Below are positions 29,860-39,687 of a DNA stretch of 64,000 bases, in pieces. The notes under the pieces are model-generated. The model was not told the DNA's origin. It saw only the letters and a list, made by a program, of their open reading frames with translations, and searched no databases. Within the stretch, counting starts at the first letter, position 1, and each line of letters starts with the position of its first letter. The position numbers were made by a program, and so were the translations under genes. This stretch comes from Ignavibacteriota bacterium (GTDB lineage: Bacteria; Bacteroidota; Ignavibacteria; Palsa-1295). The stretch spans positions 1 through 64,000 of the forward strand of contig CAWBEI010000006.1 in the NCBI GenBank assembly GCA_963787835.1. Direction: 5' to 3'.

Positions 29860-32407
29860 AGTGCGATAGAAGCATTGGCGTTCGTTCGACACTCCCATTC
29901 ATACGAACAATGCATTCATACATGCCCGGCGACATCCCGCTTGCATTCCACGAGAATGTATGATCGCCCGCATTCAGCTCGCCAGAGAAAAGCCTTGCTA
30001 CTTCCGAGCCGAGCAGGTTCATAACAGTTACTTCGGCATAGCCTTCCTCTGACGATTTGAATTCGATCGTCGATTGTTGCGAGAATGGATTTGGATAATT
30101 CCGTAAAACAGCCGACGCTGAGGACAAATTTTGCAGCACACGAGATGTTGAGAACGATTTCCCTGTGAGATAAACATAAAAAGAAGTAGGATCTCCAACC
30201 GACAGCACAAGCGTATCGCGATAGATACCGCCCGTGTCATCGCCTCCGAAGACTACGATCATGCCAAATGTGTCATTGGGGAGCACAGTGTCTGGGATGC
30301 CGGGAAATAACTGAGCGATCGCGAATTGAGCATTAAGATTGGTCAGCACAGCACTATCAACGACGATCGCGGCGTTCGAAGTGTTAACGAAATTTATGCG
30401 ATGGGCAACGAGGCCGACCGTGTCGTCAGAAAGCGTCACGTTAACGGTTCCCATACTTTTGAGAACAACGGACTGTGTATCTCTTGCAGGCTCGGGATGG
30501 TTATTTATTACCCTTCCCAGGCGCCAAATGGTTTGACTATGTCCAATGAAGAGATAGGAGGGGTTCGCGGCAAGGGCATCTCCAGCAGTTGGCGGTGAAC
30601 CGGCATCCGTCCAGCTTGTGCCGTTGTCGGTTGAAACAAGAACCCCGCCGAGCGTCGCGCCAGCATAAAGATTCTTGCCGACCGCCAAAAGAGTGGCGTC
30701 ATAAGCGTTCGTTGGAAAACCAGAACTCGCAGAAGTCCACGTTGTGCCGTTATTGGTCGAGATAAAAACGGGCCCTGTGGACTCTTGCGGTTGTGAAGCT
30801 GAAGTTCCTGCAAAGAGGGTTGTACCGATCACAGCAAGGGCATTGACATCGTCAGGACCCGGCTGCGTTGGCAAGCCGGAGCTTACATCGGTCCAGCTTC
30901 CACCGCTGTCCTTGGACAGATATACACCCCCACCAACACTGACGCCATTACTCACGAAGGAGGTTCCTGCAAAAAGATTTGTGCCGATCACGGCAAGGGC
31001 GTTGATTGGAACGCTAAAGATATTGACCGCTGCGTCCGCAGGCAGCCCATTGTTCACTCCGGTCCAGCTTGTGCCATTATCTTGCGAAAGAAAAACGCCA
31101 TGTGCCGCAGTTGCTGCAAATAGATTATGCCCGAACGCTGCAAACGCGGTAACGTTCGAGTTCGGCGTAATGCCGGCACTGGCATCATTCCAGCTGGCGC
31201 CGCTGTCGGTCGAAAGAAAGACGTTGTCGCCATCGATGCCGCTTCCGTCACTTTGGGTCCCGGCAAAGAGATAGGTTCCGACCGAAATCAGTGCGGTGAC
31301 ATCCATATTATACTCGGGTAATCCATTACTCATGAGGATCCAATCGGAACCGTTATCGGTCGAACGATACACGCCACGGGCACTGCCGACATAAAGGTTC
31401 GCCCCGAACACATAAAGAGCATTGACCGAATTGTTGGCAGGAAAGCCTGTATTGGGGCTCGTCCAGTTTGTGCCGTTGTTCGTCGAGCGAAATACACCGA
31501 GATTTGACATTCCGGCAAATACATCCGTGCCGATCACGGCCATAGCCGCAATATCTGGGTTCGCTGGCAGTCCGGTATCCACCGCGTTCCAGCTTGTCCC
31601 ATTGTTAGTCGATAGAAATACTCCGTCATACGTACCGGCAAAGATATTCGTGCCGATGATCGCAAAAGAGGTACTGCCGATGCTGGATGGCAAACCGGTG
31701 GTTGAAGCGATCCAGTTTGCACCCATGTTCGTTGTGGTATAAATTGCATTAAACATCCCAACCATGAGATTGGTGGGGGGGGTATTCGTTCCAAGTACTG
31801 CAATGGATGTTACCTCACCCACGGGAAGGCCAGTGCTTGCTAAAGTCCACAATGTACCATTGTTGGTGGAGAAAAAGACCAATCCATTCGCAGTTCCCGC
31901 AAAGAGATAGGTGCCGCTTGCCGTAATTGCTGTAATGCTCAGATCCGTTAGCCCAGCACTTGCGGAATTCCAGCTTGCACCGTTATTCGTTGAGAGATAC
32001 ACGCCGCCTCCGGCCGTTCCTGCTAAAAGATCCCCGCCAGCGACTGCCAGAACCTGTATCGCCTTCGATGGCAGGCCGGTACTCGCCGGGTTCCAGCTCC
32101 CACCATAATTCGTGGAGATGAAGACACCGTTACTATAAGTCCCGGCAAAAACATCCGAGCCGGATGTAGCAAGTGCTGTAACATAATTGGTGGTTAAGCC
32201 ATTATTAATAGCCGTCCAGCTTGAGGCGTTATCCGTGGAAATATACACGCCGCCGACGGTCGTCCCGGCAAAAAGACTTGATCCGCTGACCGCGAGCGAA
32301 GTCAGCGTAGTTCCAAAAGGCCCATTCGGGTCCACCCATTGCGCGCTCATCGGTGACACGAACGCAAAGGTGAAGATCATCGCGATAACAACTATGTTCT
32401 GTTTCAT
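29858..32407 (-). CDS. BNR/Asp-box beta-propeller repeat protein with T9SS C-terminal domain
   Basis: More than ten LFAGT..GVxxSTxNGxxW repeats, NYPNPF...GMYEC tail, signal peptide, AGGAGG RBS before MKQNIVV. Confidence 0.9.
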   Translation of the reverse strand: MKQNIVVIAMIFTFAFVSPMSAQWVDPNGPFGTTLTSLAVSGSSLFAGTTVGGVYISTDNASSWTAINNGLTTNYVTALATSGSDVFAGTYSNGVFISTNYGGSWNPASTGLPSKAIQVLAVAGGDLLAGTAGGGVYLSTNNGASWNSASAGLTDLSITAITASGTYLFAGTANGLVFFSTNNGTLWTLASTGLPVGEVTSIAVLGTNTPPTNLMVGMFNAIYTTTNMGANWIASTTGLPSSIGSTSFAIIGTNIFAGTYDGVFLSTNNGTSWNAVDTGLPANPDIAAMAVIGTDVFAGMSNLGVFRSTNNGTNWTSPNTGFPANNSVNALYVFGANLYVGSARGVYRSTDNGSDWILMSNGLPEYNMDVTALISVGTYLFAGTQSDGSGIDGDNVFLSTDSGASWNDASAGITPNSNVTAFAAFGHNLFAATAAHGVFLSQDNGTSWTGVNNGLPADAAVNIFSVPINALAVIGTNLFAGTSFVSNGVSVGGGVYLSKDSGGSWTDVSSGLPTQPGPDDVNALAVIGTTLFAGTSASQPQESTGPVFISTNNGTTWTSASSGFPTNAYDATLLAVGKNLYAGATLGGVLVSTDNGTSWTDAGSPPTAGDALAANPSYLFIGHSQTIWRLGRVINNHPEPARDTQSVVLKSMGTVNVTLSDDTVGLVAHRINFVNTSNAAIVVDSAVLTNLNAQFAIAQLFPGIPDTVLPNDTFGMIVVFGGDDTGGIYRDTLVLSVGDPTSFYVYLTGKSFSTSRVLQNLSSASAVLRNYPNPFSQQSTIEFKSSEEGYAEVTVMNLLGSEVARLFSGELNAGDHTFSWNASGMSPGMYECIVRMNGSVERTPMLLSH

Positions 32408-32479
32408 AGAGCCTCCTGTGTTTTGAAGTGACCCACAAGCCCGCGACACCTACATTAGCTAATACCACCCCGCAGGCTG

Positions 32480-33852
<1,373 letters not shown>

Positions 33853-36283
33853 TTATGCAGCCACCGGTGGCTGCATCTCCACACCATTCTTGAGCGAAGC
33901 CTGGCCTGAATTTAGCCGAATCAAATTTAGCGCCGAACCGGCTTCGAACCACGCGATGTGCTCCATGTTCATCGTGTGTTTGAGTGGGATGATTTCCACA
34001 GTGCCATCAGTATGCGTGACTTTCATGTTCACCGTCCGGACGGGATCGAGTTCGTGGAGATACTCGAGCGTAACAGTATCGCCTTCCTTGATCTTGTCGT
34101 AATCAGCAGAGTTCACGAACGTGAGCGGAAGAATTCCCTGCTTTTTCAAATTCGATTCGTGGATGCGAGCGAAGCTGCGGGCAATAACGGCGAGGCAGCC
34201 CAAATAGCGCGGTGACATCGCGGCGTGTTCGCGGCTCGATCCTTCGCCGTAGTTCTCATCGCCAACAATGACCCATCGTTTGCCGCGCGCTTTGTAATCG
34301 CGAGCGACGGCGGGAACGGGAAGGTTCTTTTCGTGCGTGTAGATGTTTGTCGTTGTGCCGATCTCACCGGACCATGCGTTGACAGCGCCGGTCAGCATGT
34401 TATCGGAGATCTTATCGAGATGCCCGCGATACTTCAGCCACGCGCCGGGCAGGGGAGATGTGATCAGTTGTCGTTTTGCCTTTGGTCTTGATAAGGACAG
34501 GCATGTTCTCAGAATCCACGGGGGAAACCATTGGCGAAAACGGTTCGAGAACCTGCAAACGCTCGCTTGTCGGCGTCACATCAATTTTAACAGTTGTGGA
34601 CTGCTTTACAGGAGGCACATATCCAATGCGACGTCCAATGTAACCATTTTTCGGCAATGGATCGACTTTCGGCGGTGGCTGCAAGCGATATTTCTTGCCA
34701 TCTTTGCCTTCTAATTCATCTTTGAGCGGATTGATGGAAAGATCGCCAGCCAACGCATACGCAACCACTACTTCCGGGCTTGCCACAAACGCAAGCGTGG
34801 CGGGATTCGCATCGTTACGGCCTGGGAAGTTTCTGTTGAAGCTATTGATGATCGTGTTGCGCTCGCCTTTTTTTACATCATCGCGTTTCCATTGGCCGAT
34901 GCACGGGCCGCAGGCATTAGAGAGAATTTCAGCGCCGATGCCTTCGAGCGATTTTAGTTGTTCATCACGGTCAACGGTGTTGCGAATGAGAGCGGAACCG
35001 GGATTTATCATCAGCGGTGATTTCGCATACCCGCCGTTCGCAATTGCTTGTTCAGCAATTTGCGCGGCTCGCGTGAGATCCTCGTAACTGGAATTGGTGC
35101 AGCTTCCAACGAGCGTGGTCGAGATCTTCATCGGATAATCATTCGCCTTGGCATCTGCAGCGAGATTGGAAACGGCATGTGCAAGATCGGGCGTGAACGG
35201 CCCATTGATAAGCGGCTCCAACTTCGAAAGATCGATCTCTAAAATTTCATCGAAATATTTTTCGGGATTTTGCTCGACATCCGCATCGGCGGTGAAGAGA
35301 TCCATGTGTTGTTTTGCAAGATCGGCAAGCTCCTTGCGGTCGGTGGCATTCATGTAGAGCACGCCATTGTCATCGAAAGGAAATACGGAGGTCGTAGCGC
35401 CGATCTCCGCGCCCATGTTCGTGACCGTGCCTTTGCCCGTCGTTGAAAGCGTTTTACAGCCGGGGCCGAAATATTCGATGATGCGATTCGTGCCGCCTTT
35501 GACGGTTAACTTTTCTGCAACATGCAGGATAATATCTTTCGGCGCTGCCCAACCGCTGAGTTCACCTGTGAGCTTTACGCCGACGAGTTTCGGATTCAAT
35601 ACTTCCCACGAAAACCCGGCCATTGCATCGACGGTATCTGCGCCACCGACACCAATGGCAATCATCGAAAGTCCGCCCATGTTGGGCGTGTGCGAATCGC
35701 TTCCTATAATTAGTCCGCCTGGGAACGCATAATTTTCCAGCACGACCTGATGGATAATTCCCGAACCGGGACCCCAGAAGCCAATGCCATATTTCGCACA
35801 GGCAGCTTTCAGGAAATGATAAACTTCGGTGTTGGTATCGAGCGCTTTGTTTAAGTCGCTTTCGGCGCCCTGATAGGCTTGAATGAGATGATCGCAGTGG
35901 ACACTTGAAGGTAGCGCAACCTGATCGCGCTGGGCTTGCATGAACTGGAGGATCGCCATTTGCGCGGTAGCATCCTGCATGATAACGCGATCAACTTTCA
36001 GCGCCAGAAAGCTTTTACCGCGCGTCAGGTCCTGGGACTGCGGATCGGCAAGATGGCCATACACGATCTTCTCCGCAAGCGTCAGCGGACGGTTCAACCG
36101 CTTACGAATGACGGCAAGCGTTTCTTCCATACGCTTATAGATGCCGGCGGCAAAATCGCGGGTGGTTTCGACGAACATTGCGCGCGGGTTGGAGCGTATC
36201 TCGCTCATCTCGACCGCCGCCGGTTCGACAAAAAAGGGTTGGTTTGCTATCGGCAGGTTCACGCCATTCGTTGCTTGGGCCAT
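33853..36283 (-). CDS. Aconitate hydratase, mitochondrial type (single-base frameshift near 34447-34449)
   Basis: QDATAQMA, HCDHLI, DSHT, GSCTN, ACGPCIGQW, TTDHISPA, then GAWLKYRGHL, NYGEGSSREHAA, SFARIH after removing one base. Confidence 0.95.
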
Positions 36284-36356
36284 AAAGTTTTCAATGTTGA
36301 ATTGTTGGAGAACTACGAACGTTTAACCATACGAAATTTGTGCCAGAATGTTGCTT
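36264..36356. repeat. 93-bp direct repeat, copy 1 (aconitase first codons plus upstream region)
   Basis: Nearly identical to 36599-36691. Confidence 0.95.
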
Positions 36357-36388
36357 ATCGACAAAGTGGGCAGCTACGGGAGAGAATT

Positions 36389-36589
36389 ATGAGACTAAAA
36401 GTAGATCGCAAATCGGATGCTTTGTATCTGCGGCTTGACGAATCCAAAATTGTGGATTCGGAAGAAGTCACGCCCGGCGTTGTGCTTGATTTTAACGAGC
36501 ACGATGAAGTGGTTGGCGTAGAAATTCTTCGTCTCTCGAAACGTGTCTCAATATCCGATATTTCGAAGGTTTCGCTGGAAACGGTTTAG
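36389..36589 (+). CDS. DUF2283 domain protein (putative TA-associated), no partner gene
   Basis: 66 aa MRLKVDRKSDALYLRL..VDSEEVTPGVVLDFNEHDEVVGVEIL. GGGAG upstream. Confidence 0.9.
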   Translation: MRLKVDRKSDALYLRLDESKIVDSEEVTPGVVLDFNEHDEVVGVEILRLSKRVSISDISKVSLETV

Positions 36590-36598
36590 CGAACCTGC

Positions 36599-36691
36599 CC
36601 ATTCGTTGCTTGGGCCATAAAGTTTTCAATGTTGAATTGTTGGAGATGTGCGAACGTTCAACCATACGAAATTTGTGCCAATTTGTTGCTT
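36599..36691. repeat. 93-bp direct repeat, copy 2 (duplicated aconitase start and upstream region)
   Basis: The minus strand reads MAQATNGQVR*. Confidence 0.95.
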
Positions 36692-36725
36692 TTTGAATGG
36701 CAAAAGGCTTAAAGATCTTATAGAG

Positions 36726-37370
36726 ATGTCAATATCACCAGGCAAATATGAAATCGGAGAGAAGCTTGTATTGCCTTTGTTCATTTTTGAGGGCAATCAC
36801 ATGGAACTTGTGAGCGCTCTGAAGTTTCACAATTCTGAAGAGGGGCTACACACCTTGATGCCTCTAAGAAATAGGTATAAACAAGATCATTTCAATACCG
36901 ATGTAAGTGTACTGATAATTAATTTCGTTGCATCAGCAAGGATGCTCGTTGATCAATGCAGGCGAGCCGTGAATAAAAGCGCAAAGACCACACAATTTGT
37001 TCGCGAATTCGAGGCTGAAACATTGCGATTAGTGACAGGAAATGAGAATATTGCCATTGTTCACTTACTAAGCGACTATTGTGTACATTATTTCAATCCA
37101 TCACTAACGACGCATCACGATTTCAATCGCAGCTTCGAAAATAAAATGGCTCGTTTTACTGTTCCCAGAGATTCTCTTATTAGATTTGCAAAGCGTAAAT
37201 TAGTTAAGCTTAAGAGAGATGGATTAAACACACGTTCAGTTGAATTGGCGCTTGCTTTTCTTAATCAGGCGAGCAAAGATTTAGAGATTGAAGAGATGAT
37301 TGATGTCTATCATAAAATAACAAGCGCATTCTATTTCAGTATTTTAGAAAAAGCAAGAGCCGATGAGTGA
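36726..37370 (+). CDS. Hypothetical protein, HEPN-like helical family with degenerate motif
   Basis: IFEGNHMEL...INFVASARMLVDQCRR...LLSDYCVHY. AT-rich. Aligns by eye with the next ORF. Confidence 0.7.
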   Translation: MSISPGKYEIGEKLVLPLFIFEGNHMELVSALKFHNSEEGLHTLMPLRNRYKQDHFNTDVSVLIINFVASARMLVDQCRRAVNKSAKTTQFVREFEAETLRLVTGNENIAIVHLLSDYCVHYFNPSLTTHHDFNRSFENKMARFTVPRDSLIRFAKRKLVKLKRDGLNTRSVELALAFLNQASKDLEIEEMIDVYHKITSAFYFSILEKARADE

Positions 37371-38664
37371 TCAGTATGAAATAATGGAGCGAATGAACAA
37401 CACCCCTGAATGTGTGAGAGCCAGAAAAAGCAGGAGGTGTGATAGTTCACTGAAAGCCTTTGAAAGGAATGCTGATCGATTGCTGAAAACACTTGTTTTG
37501 CACAAGAATACAAAAGGAACAATGGTTTCGCCCAGCGGAAAAGGCATTCCAATGGCGAGTTTCGAAGTGGCTCGAAATTTCTTCAATTTTGTCATTATCG
37601 CAGTTGCCATTATTGATCATTTGAAGGAAATGGATGAGGATGTGTATGAAGGTCGCGGACCCGACAAACGCCCTCGACTTTCTTTAATGATCAAGGAGCT
37701 TAAAAAAAGCTTGACCTTCCAACTTGCTTACGGCATTCGCCAACAAATGCAACATTACGAGATTCCAGATATTTTTATCGGGTCGGGAGCCTTTGCAATG
37801 AGTTCAAGTAGCATATTACTCTGGGAAGGCTGGATGCAAAAACGATATCGAGAAGCCTATCAGCATCTCACGACGAACCCAGGAGTACATTTGCATGCAC
37901 TCGCTTTAAATTATCGGCTTGAATTACATAAACTATTTTCATTCTACTATGCTGAGCAGGCTGTTCACTTAAAACAAGAATATGAAATTTATGAGAAGCT
38001 TGCTTCTGAACTTAATGAATCACTATTCGAAATTGTTCGATCCATCGTCGGTAGTTCGTTATCAAACCCAGCTGTATCTCATGATATGTTCGAGCAAAAT
38101 CTACTCGGCAGGATTTCTTCGGATGATTGGGAACTACTTGATAATTCACGCGATATGAATTCGCGCGGGGAAGCTATGATAGAGGTTTTAAAAGGAATCA
38201 TGCTCTTATCGACGAGGAAAAAGTTCGAAGCTTATACAAATCCTGAGAGCGGTTTGCCACCCCCATCGCCTCTCGCGGCAGGCGTCGCATCCCTCAACAG
38301 GGTTGGAGTGGGGCGGTGGGTGTCTGAACTGGGATTTATGGGATGCATGGAATTTTTGGGATGGGGAATGATCCCATTCATCCATTGCAACCCACGTTCA
38401 GACAATCTTCATCAGGCTTTTGCCGCAAATGCTATTACCCCGGAGTGTTGTAATGCACTTTGGCGGTTCACCGAGCACGAGTTCGCATTGCCCACAGGTT
38501 TTGCAGGTCACAAGTACGCCAAGCTTTTCCAATTCATGGAGAATAGCGAGTTCCGTCTCTGCTGTGATTTCATCTATCGTTTTAGTCATTGTTCTACTCC
38601 TTCTCACTTCAAATGCTTTCCGTTGCGTGTTTGTGCCGTCACACCCCCGTTCAGCCATCCGTAA
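37363..38664 (+). CDS. Hypothetical protein with Rx4H (RQQMQH) HEPN-like motif; the last ~135 aa are probably read-through into repeats
   Basis: AFERNADRL...FNFVIIAVAIIDHLK...GIRQQMQHYEIP. After about 38255 the frame crosses palindromic repeats and an antisense gene. Confidence 0.65.
   Translation: MSDQYEIMERMNNTPECVRARKSRRCDSSLKAFERNADRLLKTLVLHKNTKGTMVSPSGKGIPMASFEVARNFFNFVIIAVAIIDHLKEMDEDVYEGRGPDKRPRLSLMIKELKKSLTFQLAYGIRQQMQHYEIPDIFIGSGAFAMSSSSILLWEGWMQKRYREAYQHLTTNPGVHLHALALNYRLELHKLFSFYYAEQAVHLKQEYEIYEKLASELNESLFEIVRSIVGSSLSNPAVSHDMFEQNLLGRISSDDWELLDNSRDMNSRGEAMIEVLKGIMLLSTRKKFEAYTNPESGLPPPSPLAAGVASLNRVGVGRWVSELGFMGCMEFLGWGMIPFIHCNPRSDNLHQAFAANAITPECCNALWRFTEHEFALPTGFAGHKYAKLFQFMENSEFRLCCDFIYRFSHCSTPSHFKCFPLRVCAVTPPFSHP
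38257..38320. repeat. GC-rich nested palindrome (CCACCCCCA...ATCCCT-CAAC-AGGGTT...TGGGGCGGTGG)
   Basis: Nested stems visible by eye. Confidence 0.55.
38321..38404. repeat. Miniature element: TGTCTGAAC/GTTCAGACA terminal inverted repeats enclosing 9-nt GGGATnnnn repeats and their complements
   Basis: Perfect 9-bp terminal inverted repeats. GGGATTTAT GGGATGCAT GGAATTTTT GGGATGGGG, then ATCCC/ATCC/AACCC units at 9-nt period. Confidence 0.8.
38398..38589 (-). CDS. Small Cys-rich (putative Zn-binding) protein, 63 aa
   Basis: AGAAGGAG 7 nt before ATG. MTKTIDE...CKTCGQC...C...C. Confidence 0.65.
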   Translation of the reverse strand: MTKTIDEITAETELAILHELEKLGVLVTCKTCGQCELVLGEPPKCITTLRGNSICGKSLMKIV

Positions 38665-38684
38665 ATTTCCGTAAGTGTCGAATT

Positions 38685-38698
38685 TTTTCGTATATTTG
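38685..38698 (+). promoter_or_regulatory. Bacteroidota-type -7 promoter element (TTTTCGTATATTTG)
   Basis: Exact TAnnTTTG with the CG prefix, about 90 nt before the ORF at 38790. Confidence 0.6.
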
Positions 38699-38789
38699 TT
38701 TGGTATGTTTCTTACCGACCGGTGGGGTGCCCGGGCATGGTGCTTTGTGTAGCTCCGCCGAGTTTTGTAACTTATTTCTGATCACGCTT

Positions 38790-39263
38790 ATGAAGAATAA
38801 ACTATCCTTGTTGGCTTTAGCATTTTTAGTCACGTTCCTATTCATTAATGTTGCTTCTGCGGGTGTTGTGCAGCTTTGCTATACGAACTCGCATGGAAAT
38901 ACCGGGTGCTGCTTTGCCTCCGGCAATTGCGCTAACATTACGTGTCCTCCCGGCTGGACGTGTGTGAATTATGCCACTGTTATAGGGGCATTCATCACCA
39001 AGAACTCCAATGGCGGGGCAAGCATAACGATGAACGGTGTAACGACGCCTCTTGCCAGCGAAGCATTTCAGAAGGCGTTCGATCAATTGACGAAGGAGTA
39101 TTTAGCAAAGGGTGCGAACAAAGCACAGATCTTGAAAGAATTGAGCGATCTTTGGAATGCGCCCAGTTCCTGGAAAGTCTCTGACAACCTGCTACAGAAG
39201 TACGCCAAGGAATTACATGCGAAGATCGTCAGCGCTTCTGGTTCTACCTCTGGTGGAAAATAG
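38790..39263 (+). CDS. Exported protein with a 6-Cys N-terminal mini-domain
   Basis: Sec signal (MKNKLSLLAL...VASA), then C-x9-CC-x5-C-x4-C-x5-C, then a Lys-rich helical region. Confidence 0.75.
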   Translation: MKNKLSLLALAFLVTFLFINVASAGVVQLCYTNSHGNTGCCFASGNCANITCPPGWTCVNYATVIGAFITKNSNGGASITMNGVTTPLASEAFQKAFDQLTKEYLAKGANKAQILKELSDLWNAPSSWKVSDNLLQKYAKELHAKIVSASGSTSGGK

Positions 39264-39501
39264 TTAACCACTCTATGTAGTTCATCGCAAAGGCTTTTTC
39301 GTAGCCAGCCATTGTGCTGGGTGAAATGCTTCGACCTGTCGGTACGTGTTTTCTCATATTAAGACATTAATCGCAGGAACCACATATTAATGCGAACGAC
39401 TATGGAGTATTGGTGTTATCTCCCGCGCTGAGGAGGCAATTAGCTTCAATTCAGCGATCACAATCTCAGTTCCGGTATTATCCCGGTCGGTTCAAATCTT
39501 C

Positions 39502-39687
39502 ATGAAACAGTGTATCATCTTTGAAATAGAGCCGTCGGAGTGCGGCGACTTCACCCGCGACGAAATCATAGAAGCAGTCCTCGATGACGAGATCACTTTA
39601 AAAGGGAAGCGAGCCTTTGTCGCGTATCACTCTCTTAACTTTTTGCAAAATATGTTGAACGTGTTAGACAAGGTGCCACGCGGTTGA
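39502..39687 (+). CDS. Possible small hypothetical protein (61 aa)
   Basis: Only ORF in a large gap. Protein-like composition but no RBS or motif recognised. Confidence 0.4.
   Translation: MKQCIIFEIEPSECGDFTRDEIIEAVLDDEITLKGKRAFVAYHSLNFLQNMLNVLDKVPRG

Noticed and set aside
29858-32407. DNA-level periodic repeats in the 863-aa gene (and similarly in the Kelch gene)
   Set aside because: They are fully explained by protein beta-propeller blade repeats.
36328-36346. Sigma54 promoter upstream of aconitase (TGGCACAAATTTCGT, minus strand)
   Set aside because: The -12 element reads GT, not the near-invariant GC. It fits the lineage's CGTA-type housekeeping promoter at least as well.
36264-36691. 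The 93-bp repeats as a DGR TR/VR pair or as prophage att sites
   Set aside because: The differences are not adenine-restricted, only 242 bp are enclosed, and no integrase is nearby.
39420-39495. Hairpin GCTGAGGAGGC-AATTA-GCTTCAATTCAGC before the 61-aa ORF as a riboswitch
   Set aside because: It is a single imperfect stem with no recognisable aptamer consensus.
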